64,000 nt of DNA, taken from Candidatus Iainarchaeum sp. (lineage in GTDB: Archaea; Iainarchaeota; Iainarchaeia; Iainarchaeales; UBA10219). The stretch spans positions 1 to 64,000 of the forward strand of contig JAGVWE010000005.1 in the NCBI GenBank assembly GCA_018304425.1, read 5' to 3'. Shown here piece by piece: positions 48,059-57,899 of the stretch. Numbering within the stretch: the first letter of the stretch is position 1; every line of letters starts with the position of its first letter. Position numbers and translations under genes: made by a program. The notes beneath the pieces were generated by a model. That model saw nothing but the letters and a program-made list of their open reading frames with translations. It did not search any database and was not told the DNA's origin.

Positions 48059-49141
48059 ATGTACTACTCTGGCGAGTACCGGCAATCGCCCTTGAGTTTC
48101 TCGCCAGCGGCTGCTCGCACGGTTTCCTGGTCGCAGGAGGCCAGCGGCATCCAAGCCGTTGTAGCCCTTGACAGCCTGGCCCTGGGCCCGGCCCTGGGAG
48201 GCACCCGGGCCCGAAAATATGCTTCCCTGGACGAAGCCGAAGCCGATGCCCAGGCCCTCGCCGCTGCCATGAGCTACAAGGCCGCGCTGGCCGGCCTGCC
48301 CCTGGGCGGCGGCAAGGCCGTGATTGACGCGGACTTGAAGGGGTTGGACGTGAAAGAACGGGCTGCCTTTTTCGCTGACTTCGGGCAATTCGTTGACTCG
48401 CTAAAGGGCGCCTACATTACGACCGAGGATTCGGGGACGACGACGGAGGACATGGCCTGCATCCGGCAAGGCACGCGCTACGTGGTGGGCTTGCCCGAGA
48501 AAATGGGGGGCAGCGGGAGCCCTTCGCCCTATACCGCGCTCGGCGTCCTGCAGGGCATGAAGGCCTGCGCGAAAAAAGTGTTTGGAAAGGAATCACTGGC
48601 TGGCCGGACGGTGGCCGTGCAAGGCGTGGGCAGCGTGGGCCGTGAATTGGTGGCTTTGTTGGTGCAGGCCGGGGCTCATGTGGTGTGCGCCGACCTCATC
48701 AAGGCCCGCGTGCAGGAAGCGAAGAAAAAATTCGGCGTCCAGGTGGTCGCGCCCGAAGAAATTCATTCGGTGGAAGCCGATGTATTCGCGCCGTGCGCGT
48801 TGGGTGACGCGTTGAACGCGAAAACAGTTGAGGCACTGGCCTGCAAAATCGTGTGCGGTGCGGCCAACAACCAGCTGGCTTCCCAGGAAGCCGGAGAGGC
48901 CTTGCACGAGCAGGGCATCTTGTATGCTCCGGACTATTTGGTGAACGCGGGTGGCCTCATCGCGGTTTCGGCGGAGCCCGTGGTTTCCGGCAAGGCCTTT
49001 GACCGGGCAGCGGTTTTGGAAAGAGTGCAGGCGATTGGCGCGCGCACCGAAGAACTCTTGCGGTTCGCTGAGGAAAGCGTGTTGAGCCCGGCGTGGGCGG
49101 CCCGGGTGCTGGCCGAGCAACGGTTGGGGGGAGTGCCTTGA
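48059..49141 (+). CDS. Leu/Val/Phe dehydrogenase family
   Basis: GPALGGTR, MSYKAA, GGGKAVI, QGVGSVG, PCALG, GAANNQL. Confidence 0.88.
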   Translation: MYYSGEYRQSPLSFSPAAARTVSWSQEASGIQAVVALDSLALGPALGGTRARKYASLDEAEADAQALAAAMSYKAALAGLPLGGGKAVIDADLKGLDVKERAAFFADFGQFVDSLKGAYITTEDSGTTTEDMACIRQGTRYVVGLPEKMGGSGSPSPYTALGVLQGMKACAKKVFGKESLAGRTVAVQGVGSVGRELVALLVQAGAHVVCADLIKARVQEAKKKFGVQVVAPEEIHSVEADVFAPCALGDALNAKTVEALACKIVCGAANNQLASQEAGEALHEQGILYAPDYLVNAGGLIAVSAEPVVSGKAFDRAAVLERVQAIGARTEELLRFAEESVLSPAWAARVLAEQRLGGVP

Positions 49142-50100
49142 AGGTGTTAAAGGGTCGCAAACCCTCGTTAAAGCCCTTGAAGGGCAAAACCATTGCCGTC
49201 ATCGGCTTTGGCCCGCAAGGCCGCGTGCAAGCCGAGTTGCTCAAGCGCCAGGGGTTCAAAGTCATCGTGGGCCTGCGCAGGGGAAAGTCTTGGAAGGAAG
49301 CCGAAAAAGCCAGGCACCAGGTGATGACCATCACCGCAGCCACGCTCGCAGCGGACCTCCTCCTGGTGCTGGTCGCGGATACCGCGCACCGGGAAGTCCT
49401 GGACAAGCACATCGTTCCCTTCCTGCGGCCAGGCCAGACCGTGGTCTTCGCGCAAGGTTATTCGGTGGCGTTCAACGAGGTACATCTGCCCTGGTTCGTG
49501 GATGTCATCCTCCTCGCGCCGGGAGTCCCCGCCAAGGAGATGCTGGTGCCGACGGGGAAAGCATTGAGCGCAAGGGCATCGGTTGGCATCGGCAACAATT
49601 TTTCGGGGAAGGCCTCGCAGACTGCGAAGGCCTTGTGCGAAGCCCTGGGCTTCCCACGCCGGAACCTGTTGTGGTCGAGCTTCCGCGAGGAAGGCATCAC
49701 GGACTTGTTCTCCGAGCAGGGACCCATCGTCGGCGGCCTGATAGAGCTCATGAAAGCCAGCTTTGAGACGCTGGTGAATGCAGGGTATTCCCCGGAAGTC
49801 GCCTACTCTTGTTGCGTTCTAGAACCCTATTACGTGGCGCGCTTGGTTCACGAGCAGGGCATCCATGGCATGCTCTCGCGCGTGAGCGAGACCGCCAAGT
49901 ACGGAGCCCTGACGGTTGGCCCCAAAATCATCGGCCGGGAAGTGCGACGGGAGATGCGGAAGGCCTTGAAACGCATCGAGTCCGGGGAGTTCATGGGGGA
50001 ACTCCAGCGGAACCGCTTCAAGTTGCCCGAGCTCCTGGACCGGGAAGCCCGGTCGGAAATCGAGAAAACCCGGCGAAAACTCGTTTCGGGCAAGGCGTAG
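49138..50100 (+). CDS. ilvC: Divergent ketol-acid reductoisomerase-like protein
   Basis: IAVIGFGPQG, VGLR, TDLFSEQ, LV.AGY.PE.AY, S.TAKYG; several active-site residues substituted. Confidence 0.8.
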   Translation: MKVLKGRKPSLKPLKGKTIAVIGFGPQGRVQAELLKRQGFKVIVGLRRGKSWKEAEKARHQVMTITAATLAADLLLVLVADTAHREVLDKHIVPFLRPGQTVVFAQGYSVAFNEVHLPWFVDVILLAPGVPAKEMLVPTGKALSARASVGIGNNFSGKASQTAKALCEALGFPRRNLLWSSFREEGITDLFSEQGPIVGGLIELMKASFETLVNAGYSPEVAYSCCVLEPYYVARLVHEQGIHGMLSRVSETAKYGALTVGPKIIGREVRREMRKALKRIESGEFMGELQRNRFKLPELLDREARSEIEKTRRKLVSGKA

Positions 50101-50142
50101 CTTTTTAACCCTTTTTTGCCCCAAATGGGTTTGCGGGAAACC

Positions 50143-50799
50143 ATGAAAATCTTCTTGGATACGGCCAACGTCGAGCAAATACGCAAGGCCGTGGAATGGG
50201 GCATCCTGGATGGAGTTACCACCAACCCAACCCTCATCGCCAAAGAAGGCCGGGATTTCAGGCAAGTCATCCAGGAAATCTGCTCGATTTGCAAGGGGGA
50301 CATCAGCGCCGAAGTCGTGAGCACGGACGCCGCCGGCATGATTAAGGAGGGCCTGGAATACAGCAAGTACGCCAAGAACGTGGTCATCAAGTGCCCGATG
50401 ACCGCGGAGGGCTTGAAGGCCACCAAGGCCTTGGCCGACAAGGGCATCAAGGTGAACGTGACGCTTGTTTTTTCCGCTAACCAGGCTTTGCTGGCGGCAA
50501 AAGCCGGGGCAACCTATGTCAGCCCCTTCGTGGGTCGCTTGGATGACGCGGGCCAGGACGGCATGGAACTGGTTGGGGAAATCTGCCAGATTTTCCGGAA
50601 TTACGGTTTCAAGACCCAGGTGCTGGCTGCGAGCATCCGGCACCCGATGCACGTCGTGCAGGCCGCGAAATTGGGCGCGCACGTGGCCACGCTGCCCTTC
50701 GAGGTCCTCGAGAAGATGCTTCGCCATCCGTTGACGGACAAGGGGCTGAAGGCTTTCCTCGACGACTGGGAAAAGTTCAAGCACTTGCCCAGGAAATGA
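50143..50799 (+). CDS. tal: Transaldolase (MipB/FSA type)
   Basis: [35 protein letters not shown]. Confidence 0.92.
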   Translation: MKIFLDTANVEQIRKAVEWGILDGVTTNPTLIAKEGRDFRQVIQEICSICKGDISAEVVSTDAAGMIKEGLEYSKYAKNVVIKCPMTAEGLKATKALADKGIKVNVTLVFSANQALLAAKAGATYVSPFVGRLDDAGQDGMELVGEICQIFRNYGFKTQVLAASIRHPMHVVQAAKLGAHVATLPFEVLEKMLRHPLTDKGLKAFLDDWEKFKHLPRK

Positions 50800-50828
50800 T
50801 TGTGCTTATCATAGGGATTCGTGGTCAC

Positions 50829-51668
50829 ATGAGTGAAACGCGCGTGCAGCTAATCGAGCGGCTCAAGAAGATTGCCCACCGCATGCGCGTGCACATCCTG
50901 AACATGACTTACTGGGCCAACTCCGGGCACCCCGGAGGCAGCATGTCGGCAACGGACATCGTGGCCACGCTTTACTTCCACCAGATGAAGCACGACCCCC
51001 AGAACCCAAAATGGGCTGACCGCGACCGCTTCGTCTTGAGCAAGGGCCACTGCACGCCCGTGCTCTACGCGGCCCTGGCCGAGGCAGGGTACATCCCGGT
51101 CGAAGAGCTTAAAACCTTCCGGCAGGTCAATTCAAGGCTGCAGGGGCATCCCAACCTCTTGAAATGCCCGGGAGTCGAGGCCAGCACGGGAACCCTTGGA
51201 CAGGGCCTGTCCATGGCCGTGGGCATGGCATTGGCCGCCAAACTCGACCAAAAGCCTTGGAGGGTGTACTGCATGCTGGGCGACGGCGAGAGCCAGGAGG
51301 GACAGATTTGGGAGGCCGCCATGTCGGCCGCGCACTACAAGCTGGACAACCTCGTGGCCATCCTGGACTGGAACAAGTTCCAGATTGATGGAGCCGTCGA
51401 AAACGTCATGAATATCATGCCCATGCTGGACAAGTTCAAGGCCTTCGGCTGGAACGTGGCCGAAATCGATGGACACGATTACAACCAAATACTGGACGTG
51501 CTCGAGAAAGCCGAATCCAGCGGCCAGCGGCCTTTCTTCATCCAGGCCAACACCTCGAAGGGAAAAGGGGTTTCGTTCACGCAGGACAAGGGAGACTATC
51601 ACGGGCGCGCGCTCACCAAGGAAGAGATGCAGCGCGCCATGACCGAGTTGGGTGAGAAATTTGGGTAG
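50829..51668 (+). CDS. Transketolase N-terminal subunit
   Basis: SGHPGG, DRFVLSKGH, LQGHP, GDGESQEG. Confidence 0.93.
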   Translation: MSETRVQLIERLKKIAHRMRVHILNMTYWANSGHPGGSMSATDIVATLYFHQMKHDPQNPKWADRDRFVLSKGHCTPVLYAALAEAGYIPVEELKTFRQVNSRLQGHPNLLKCPGVEASTGTLGQGLSMAVGMALAAKLDQKPWRVYCMLGDGESQEGQIWEAAMSAAHYKLDNLVAILDWNKFQIDGAVENVMNIMPMLDKFKAFGWNVAEIDGHDYNQILDVLEKAESSGQRPFFIQANTSKGKGVSFTQDKGDYHGRALTKEEMQRAMTELGEKFG

Positions 51669-52659
51669 CCTCGAACAGCCGAAGCCGGTTGGCCCCCTGA
51701 AAGTGGGTGACGCCAAAGCCATGCGCGACGCGTACGGCGAGACCCTCGTTGCGCTCGGCGCGAAAGACAAAAACGTGGTCGTCCTTGATGCCGACCTCTC
51801 CGGTTCCACCAAGACAGGGCTGTTCGCCAAGAAGTTCCCCGACCGTTTCTTCAACTTCGGCATTGCCGAGCAAAACATGTTGGGCGCGGCCACGGGCCTG
51901 GCGTTGAGCGGCAAAACCGTGTTTGCTTCCACTTTCGCCATGTTTGCCACGACCCGGGCCTTGGACCAGTTCCGCAATGCCTTGGCTTTTTCCAAGGCCA
52001 ACGTGAAAGTCGTGGTAACGCATGCCGGCCTGATGACCGGGCCGGATGGCGCCAGCCACCAGAGCCTCGAAGACCTGGCCGTGGCGCGCACCCTGCCGAA
52101 CCTGACCGTCATCGCGCCCGCGGACGCGGTCGAGACCAGCCAAGTCATCGAGCTCGCGGCGCGGGAAAGGGGACCGTTCTACGTGCGATTAGTGCGGGAG
52201 AAAACGCCGCTCCTCTACGATGAAAAATATCGGTTCAAGCTCGGCAAAGCCAGCGTCCTCCAAGACGGAAGAGATTTGATGGTGTTCGCGATTGGCCCCA
52301 TGGTGGCCGAGGCGTTAAAGGCACGCGGGTTGTTGAAGGCCCAGGGGTTTGACATCGGAGTGGTAAACACCGCGTCCATCAAACCGTTTGACGCGCAAAC
52401 CGTGGTCAAGTACGCGAAACGCGATGGCTTCCTGTTCACGGTCGAAGACCACTCGGTGTTGGGCGGGCTGGGCTCGGTGGTGTGCGAAGTGCTGGCAAGA
52501 GAACAACCGGCCTATGTTTACCGGCATGGCACCCATGACCTTTTCGGCGAGTCCGGGGAATCCAAGCCCCTTTACAAGAAATATGAGTTGGACGCGGAAG
52601 GCATTGCCTTGCACGTCAAGAAGGCACTGACATACAAGCAGAAGGTCTTGCGTAGATGA
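51652..52659 (+). CDS. Transketolase C-terminal subunit
   Basis: DADLSGST, GIAEQ, DGASHQ, VEDH...GGLG. Confidence 0.93.
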   Translation: MRNLGSLEQPKPVGPLKVGDAKAMRDAYGETLVALGAKDKNVVVLDADLSGSTKTGLFAKKFPDRFFNFGIAEQNMLGAATGLALSGKTVFASTFAMFATTRALDQFRNALAFSKANVKVVVTHAGLMTGPDGASHQSLEDLAVARTLPNLTVIAPADAVETSQVIELAARERGPFYVRLVREKTPLLYDEKYRFKLGKASVLQDGRDLMVFAIGPMVAEALKARGLLKAQGFDIGVVNTASIKPFDAQTVVKYAKRDGFLFTVEDHSVLGGLGSVVCEVLAREQPAYVYRHGTHDLFGESGESKPLYKKYELDAEGIALHVKKALTYKQKVLRR

Positions 52660-53294
52660 AGCTGATTCTGGCCCGGCACGGGCAAACCCAGTGGAACCGG
52701 GAGAAGCGGTTGCAGGGAAGAAGGGACTCGCCCCTCACCTCCGTGGGCCAAAGCCAGGCCCGCCTCCTGGCCAGGCTGGCGGTCCGGGAAAAACCCATTG
52801 CAGTGGTTTCAAGCGACTTGCAGCGCGCGGTTTCAACGGCTTCCCTGGCAACCAAGCAGCTGGGCGTGAAGCTATTGAAGAAGCATGCCTTGCGGGAGAT
52901 TGGCTATGGCAGGCTCGAGGGCCTGGCCCTCGCGGAAATAGAGGAATCCTTTCCCGGGGTGTGGCCCCGGCGCCAAAAAGACCGGTTTCGCTTCCGGGTG
53001 CCGGGCGGGGAAAACTACGTGGACGTTGCCCAGCGCTTGAAGCCCTTCTGTTCCTGGCTGGCGAACCGGTTTGGCGATGAAACGGTTTTGGTGGTCGGGC
53101 ACGGGAACACGAACCGCGTGCTCATGGGCTTGCTGCTGCGTTACCCTCATCGGAAGTGGCTGGACATCCATCAACCCAATTACGTCGTCTACTTCCTGGA
53201 AGTGAAAAACGGGAGAGTCAGGCGCTTGGAGCACCTCACCCTGGGCCACCACCGAAAGCAGGCCGGGTTGTACAAGGTGAAGTGGTGGCAATGA
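52656..53294 (+). CDS. Histidine phosphatase (phosphoglycerate mutase family)
   Basis: RHGQT, SSDLQRA, LRE, VVGHG. Confidence 0.9.
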   Translation: MKLILARHGQTQWNREKRLQGRRDSPLTSVGQSQARLLARLAVREKPIAVVSSDLQRAVSTASLATKQLGVKLLKKHALREIGYGRLEGLALAEIEESFPGVWPRRQKDRFRFRVPGGENYVDVAQRLKPFCSWLANRFGDETVLVVGHGNTNRVLMGLLLRYPHRKWLDIHQPNYVVYFLEVKNGRVRRLEHLTLGHHRKQAGLYKVKWWQ

Positions 53295-53995
53295 CGGAAA
53301 AGCCCAGACCAGTGGATGACGCGGAACGGCAGTTGCTGCAGTGGATGAACGGCTTGGAGGGATTTCTCAGCAGCACCGATGCCCTCACCCTCTACCGGAC
53401 GGCCAAGGCCCTGCCGGCAGGCGCAACCATCGTTGAAATCGGTTCGTTCAAGGGCAAGTCCACGGTTTGCCTGGCCCTGGGCTTGAAGGCAGCTGGAAAC
53501 GCTTCGGCCCGCGTGTATGCCGTGGACCCCTTTGAAGGCAAGGGCAGTGGCATCGACGTTCCCCCCACCTTTGAGGCATTCCAGCAAAACGTGAAAGCCT
53601 CGGGCGTGGAGCCCTGGGTGGTGCCCCAGCGGATGACTTCCGAGGCAGCGGCTGGCCAATGGACTAAACCCATTCACTTGCTGTGGATTGATGCCTTGCA
53701 CGAGTACCCGTTTGCCGTGCAAGACCTCCGGCTGTGGAAGCCCTTCCTGGTCGCGGGCGGCAAGCTGTTGATGGATGACTTGTTCGAGGGCTGGAACGAA
53801 GGCGTGTGCCGCGCCTTCAAAGAGGAAGTCGTTTTTTCACGCGAATTCGACGAGGTCAGCTTGAGCCATTGCCTGGGGCAAGCCACCAAGCAAGGGTGCA
53901 GCTGGCCAACCCTGGTGCTCCGGTCGGTTTACTGGTTTGCCTGGATTACCCGCAAGCGGTGGAGGCGCGCCCTGCCTGCCTGGCTGGGCCGTTGA
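53291..53995 (+). CDS. Class I SAM-dependent methyltransferase (Methyltransf_24-like)
   Basis: IVEIGSFKGKST, AVDPF, LWIDALH.Y, GG.LLMDD. Confidence 0.85.
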   Translation: MTEKPRPVDDAERQLLQWMNGLEGFLSSTDALTLYRTAKALPAGATIVEIGSFKGKSTVCLALGLKAAGNASARVYAVDPFEGKGSGIDVPPTFEAFQQNVKASGVEPWVVPQRMTSEAAAGQWTKPIHLLWIDALHEYPFAVQDLRLWKPFLVAGGKLLMDDLFEGWNEGVCRAFKEEVVFSREFDEVSLSHCLGQATKQGCSWPTLVLRSVYWFAWITRKRWRRALPAWLGR

Positions 53996-54037
53996 AATGG
54001 GTTTTTATACCCTGCCCCAATCATATACTATCCGCTT

Positions 54038-54110
54038 GGGGTCATAGCATAACCCGGCAGTGCGACCGGCTCCAGACCGGTTGATGGGGGTTCAAATCCC
54101 TCTGACCCCA
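54038..54110 (+). tRNA. tRNA-Trp (CCA), intron-less
   Basis: Acceptor GGGGTCA/TGACCCC plus A, anticodon stem ACCGG/CCGGT with loop CTCCAGA, T-loop GTTCAAATC. Confidence 0.92.
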
Positions 54111-54151
54111 CTCGAAAACCTTTATTAACCAGTTAATCGTTGGGTAATAGC

Positions 54152-54505
54152 ATGGCACCGGATATCATCAAGTGCGAGTTGTGTGGCCGGCCGGCCAGCG
54201 CCTTGCCCAAAATCCAGTACTGGCGGGCCGATGACAATAGCATCATCTGCGACCACTGCCATGAACGCGTGGCCAAGCAGATCGGGAACGAGGGCAAGGA
54301 AGTCATCCAGGAAGCCGAAGCCCCTGAAGCCCCCTACACCGGCGACAAATTCGATTACAAGGTTGCGGCGTTTTCCTCGGAAGAGGACTTGAAGGCGCTG
54401 GGCCGCAGGGGCTGGAAACTGGTTTCCGCCGTGGCCCAACCCGGCAGCCTGCTGGGCAAGGGCGGCCCCGAAATCAAGTTGTTCCTGCGGAAAAAACTCA
54501 AGTGA
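54152..54505 (+). CDS. Hypothetical protein with CxxC...CxxC zinc finger and DUF4177-like C-terminus
   Basis: CELC...CDHC; FDYKV...LKALGRRGWKLVS...LFLRK. Confidence 0.65.
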   Translation: MAPDIIKCELCGRPASALPKIQYWRADDNSIICDHCHERVAKQIGNEGKEVIQEAEAPEAPYTGDKFDYKVAAFSSEEDLKALGRRGWKLVSAVAQPGSLLGKGGPEIKLFLRKKLK

Positions 54506-54696
54506 TGGTTATGACGTGGAAGAAAGCGGCGAAAGTGAGTTCGATTGCGACCGTGGTGTCGCTGGTCGTTAGCCTGGGTTTCGACTACGGGTATGCGCGG
54601 ACCCTCGACATCAACGAGGCCATCCTGCGTTCCATCGTGTTCTGTATCGCCTTTGGCGGCGTCTACTGGATGCTCGAAAAAAAGTCCAAGCTGTGA
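54502..54696 (+). CDS. Small two-TM membrane protein
   Basis: Two hydrophobic segments; tight coupling with neighbours. Confidence 0.55.
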   Translation: MMVMTWKKAAKVSSIATVVSLVVSLGFDYGYARTLDINEAILRSIVFCIAFGGVYWMLEKKSKL

Positions 54697-54700
54697 ACGC

Positions 54701-55825
54701 ATGGCCTACGCGGAATTCCGGTTGCCCACCCAAACGGTTTTCGGGCGCGGCTGCTTCAAGCAGTTAGGCGAACAAGTCACGCGCTTCAATCCCAGGCGCG
54801 TCCTGGTGGTCACGGGCCGCAAGGCCATGCAACGAACCGGCAAACTGTTCGACGCCGTGCAGCAGCTGCGCAAATTCCATCCGGTGGTCTTCGAGGGCGT
54901 GGAAGAAAACCCCTCCATTGAAACCGTGGACGAGTGCGCGCACCTTGCCCGGGAATGCAAGGCCGACTTGGTGATAGGCTTGGGCGGCGGCAGCCCCCTG
55001 GACGTCGCAAAAGCCGCGGCCATCCTGGCCACGCACACGGGCAGCGTCCTCGATTACCTGGATGGCCGAAGGCCGTTAAAGCGGTCGGGCCTGCCCTTCA
55101 TCGCGGTTCCGACCACGGCTGGCACGGGCAGCGAGGCCACGAAGGCAGCCGTGATTACTGACCGCTGCGCGCGCGTCAAGAAAGTCCTGAAAAGCGATTG
55201 GATGTTTCCCTCAGTCGCGCTCGTCGACCCCTTGCTCACCGTGAGCTGCCCCAAGTTCGTTACGGCCGCGGCAGGCTTTGACGCGTTTACGCACGCCCTC
55301 GAAGGTTACGTCTGCCTGAAAGCCACGAAGTTGACCGATGCCATCAACGAACGCGCCATGGAACTCGTGTGGGACAACCTCTCGCGGGCCTGGCGCCGGC
55401 CACGGGATTTTGTGGCACGGGAGGCCGTGATGTTGGGTGCGAACCTGGCCGGCATGACGATTGCTTCGACGGGAGTGGGCGCCTGCCATGCCGTTGCCCA
55501 CTCGATTGGCGGCAAGTTCAACGTCTCCCACGGCGAGACCAACGCGCTCCTCTTGCCGCACGTCGTGGACTACAATCTGGGCGCGGCGCGGAAAAAGTAT
55601 GCGGTTGTCGCCGAGTTGGTGGGGGGAAAGCACGCAAACGACTTGCCGCGCCTCATCGGCCGGGCAACGAAAAAGACTGGCTTGCGCGCGCACCTGTCCG
55701 AGCTGGGCGTGGCCCAAACCGACTTGGCGGCCATCGCCCGCGACAGCTTCCGGGGCAGCATGGCAGTAAACCCACGGAAGGCCACGCGGGCAGGGATTGT
55801 ACGCATGCTTAAAGGTGCCCTATAA
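54701..55825 (+). CDS. Iron-containing alcohol dehydrogenase family
   Basis: GLGGGSPLDVAK, PTTAGTGSE, DAFTHALE, H...H, HG metal ligands. Confidence 0.92.
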   Translation: MAYAEFRLPTQTVFGRGCFKQLGEQVTRFNPRRVLVVTGRKAMQRTGKLFDAVQQLRKFHPVVFEGVEENPSIETVDECAHLARECKADLVIGLGGGSPLDVAKAAAILATHTGSVLDYLDGRRPLKRSGLPFIAVPTTAGTGSEATKAAVITDRCARVKKVLKSDWMFPSVALVDPLLTVSCPKFVTAAAGFDAFTHALEGYVCLKATKLTDAINERAMELVWDNLSRAWRRPRDFVAREAVMLGANLAGMTIASTGVGACHAVAHSIGGKFNVSHGETNALLLPHVVDYNLGAARKKYAVVAELVGGKHANDLPRLIGRATKKTGLRAHLSELGVAQTDLAAIARDSFRGSMAVNPRKATRAGIVRMLKGAL

Positions 55826-56268
55826 TGGCTAAGCACAGTCCTTACAAGCCGTTCGTCATTAGCACCAATCACGCGGAAGAACAAGTGCAGGCAATCGGGC
55901 AAAGGGGCTCGTTGAGTGTCGGCCTTGAGACCTCTGCTGCGGCCGTTGGTTCACTGGATGGTTCCATCGGGAACCTGCAATTCAGGCGTTTTTGGGCTGA
56001 ACTGGCTCGGGGTCTGGAAGCGCGTGGCATCCGGGTCCACTACCTGGTTCCGGATTCGCTGGACCGGAAAATGACTCGATGGCGGGCAAGTGAAGCACGT
56101 GCCGCAACAAGGAAGGGGTCTATTCGAGAACACCCAGTTCCCAAATTGTCAACGGCCGAAGCACGAAATCTTTCGCGGCAAATTGCTGGTGTGCGCCGCT
56201 TCCGCCGGGCACAAAAAGTTAAGAAAATCGGGGGCCGGATAGCCAGGACCCTGCGTCGGTGGCTTTGA
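55825..56268 (+). CDS. Orphan Arg-rich protein
   Basis: TAATG overlap with ADH gene; basic; no motif. Confidence 0.5.
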   Translation: MAKHSPYKPFVISTNHAEEQVQAIGQRGSLSVGLETSAAAVGSLDGSIGNLQFRRFWAELARGLEARGIRVHYLVPDSLDRKMTRWRASEARAATRKGSIREHPVPKLSTAEARNLSRQIAGVRRFRRAQKVKKIGGRIARTLRRWL

Positions 56269-56272
56269 GCGT

Positions 56273-57712
56273 TTAAGCCACTTTCCGCCACTTCACGCCG
56301 TCCCTGGTGTCGTCCAGTTCGATGCCCAGGGCGCGGAGCTTGGCGCGGAACTCGTCGGACTTCTTGAAGTCCTTGGCCTTGCGGGCGGCCTCGCGTTCGT
56401 CGAGGAGCTTCTTGGCTTCGGCGGGTAACTCGGCCTTGGCGCGCTCGAACGAAAAACAGTTGAACACCTGGTTTATTTCCCGCAGGAAGTCCAGCAAGGC
56501 CTTGGCGTCCTTTTCCGACAACGCGGTCTCGGCTGTCGCCTCGGCTGCTGCCTCGGCTGCTGCCTCGGCCAACAGCTTGTTGGCTTCGCTGACGAAGTTG
56601 AACAAGGTCGCGAACGCGTTCGGAGTGTTGAAGTCCGCGTCCATGTGCTCGGTGAAGGCGGTCCGGGTCTCATTCACCAGGTGGAGGGCTGCAGGGTGGT
56701 CCTTGCCTCCCTTGACTTCTTGGAGGGCCTCGATGAGGCGGTTGAATTTTTCCAGGCCAGCCTTGGCCTGGGCCATGGCGTCCTCGCTGAAGTCGATGCG
56801 GGAACGGTAGTGCACGTTGGCGATGAAGAAGCGGAAAACCTTGGGGTCGTACCTGGCTAGGAGTTCGGGGATGGTGATGTAGTTGCCCAAACTCTTGGAC
56901 ATCTTCTCGCCTTTCACGTTCAAAAAGCCGGTGTGCAGCCAGTACTTGACGAAGGGGGCTTTGCCGAAGGCGGCCTCGCTTTGCGCGATTTCGTTCTCGT
57001 GGTGGGGGAAAATCAGGTCAATGGCCCCGCCGTGGATGTCCAGTTGCTCGCCCAGGTGCTTGCGCGCCATGACACTGCATTCAATGTGCCAGCCCGGCCT
57101 TCCCTGGCCCCAGGGGCTCTCCCAGGAGGGCTCCCCGGGCTTGGCCTTCTTCCACAACGCGAAGTCCGTGACGTTTTCCTTCTCGTACTTGTCGGTTTCC
57201 ACGCGCGTGCCGGTGACGCGCTTGTCCAGCTTGATGCCGGAGAGCCGGCCATAGCCCTTGAATCTGGTCACGGAATAGTAGACGCCGTCTTCGGTCTCGT
57301 AGGCGAACCCGTTTTTTTCCAGGGCCTGGATGGTGTCAATGATTTCCTTGATGTGTTCGGTGACACGCGGGTTTTCGTTCGCGGGCTTGATGCCGAGCGC
57401 GTCCATGTCCTTGAAGAAGAGCTTGATGTTTTTTTCGGCGAGCTCGAAAATCGTTATTCCCTGCTCGTTGGCGCGCTTGATCATGTCGTCGTGGACGTCG
57501 GTGAGGTTGACGACGTAACGCACCTTGTAACCGGAATATTCCAGGTAGCGGCGGATGACGTCGAAGGCCGTGTAGGTGCGCGCGTGACCGATGTGCCCGG
57601 GCCCGTACACCGTGGGGCCGCAGACGTACATGCGAACTTCCCGGTCCTTCAAGGGCTTGAAGTCCTCCAACTGCTTGGACAAGGTGTTCTGGACGCGAAG
57701 CATGGAATCCAC
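56273..57712 (-). CDS. cysS: Cysteinyl-tRNA synthetase
   Basis: YVCGPTVY, HIGH, GRPGWHIEC, HHENE, KMSKS. Confidence 0.97.
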   Translation of the reverse strand: MDSMLRVQNTLSKQLEDFKPLKDREVRMYVCGPTVYGPGHIGHARTYTAFDVIRRYLEYSGYKVRYVVNLTDVHDDMIKRANEQGITIFELAEKNIKLFFKDMDALGIKPANENPRVTEHIKEIIDTIQALEKNGFAYETEDGVYYSVTRFKGYGRLSGIKLDKRVTGTRVETDKYEKENVTDFALWKKAKPGEPSWESPWGQGRPGWHIECSVMARKHLGEQLDIHGGAIDLIFPHHENEIAQSEAAFGKAPFVKYWLHTGFLNVKGEKMSKSLGNYITIPELLARYDPKVFRFFIANVHYRSRIDFSEDAMAQAKAGLEKFNRLIEALQEVKGGKDHPAALHLVNETRTAFTEHMDADFNTPNAFATLFNFVSEANKLLAEAAAEAAAEATAETALSEKDAKALLDFLREINQVFNCFSFERAKAELPAEAKKLLDEREAARKAKDFKKSDEFRAKLRALGIELDDTRDGVKWRKVA

Positions 57713-57849
57713 GCAATTATAGAGAAACAGGTTAATAAGGGTTAACGGGGGCAGGGAAGCCCTGTTTGCCGGTATCTATAGCCTTTTAAGGAATAAGGGG
57801 TCACTAGGTGGATATGCAAGAATCCCGTAACGCATCCCTTTCCTTTCCG

Positions 57850-57897
57850 AGAAGGGATTTACTTTGCCTCTCCCATTAGAAGGGATTTAGTTTGTCT
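57850..57897. repeat. Imperfect direct repeat AGAAGGGATTTA(C/G)TTTG(C/T)CT, two copies 28 nt apart
   Basis: Copies start at 57850 and 57878, immediately upstream of the wHTH ORF. Confidence 0.6.
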
Positions 57898-57899
57898 AC

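Noticed and set aside
11787-57745. Many long antisense ORFs (for example 11787-12947, 22833-24317, 24688-26535, 41201-42907, 56933-57745)
   Set aside because: Shadow frames of high-GC3 genes with clear homology on the opposite strand
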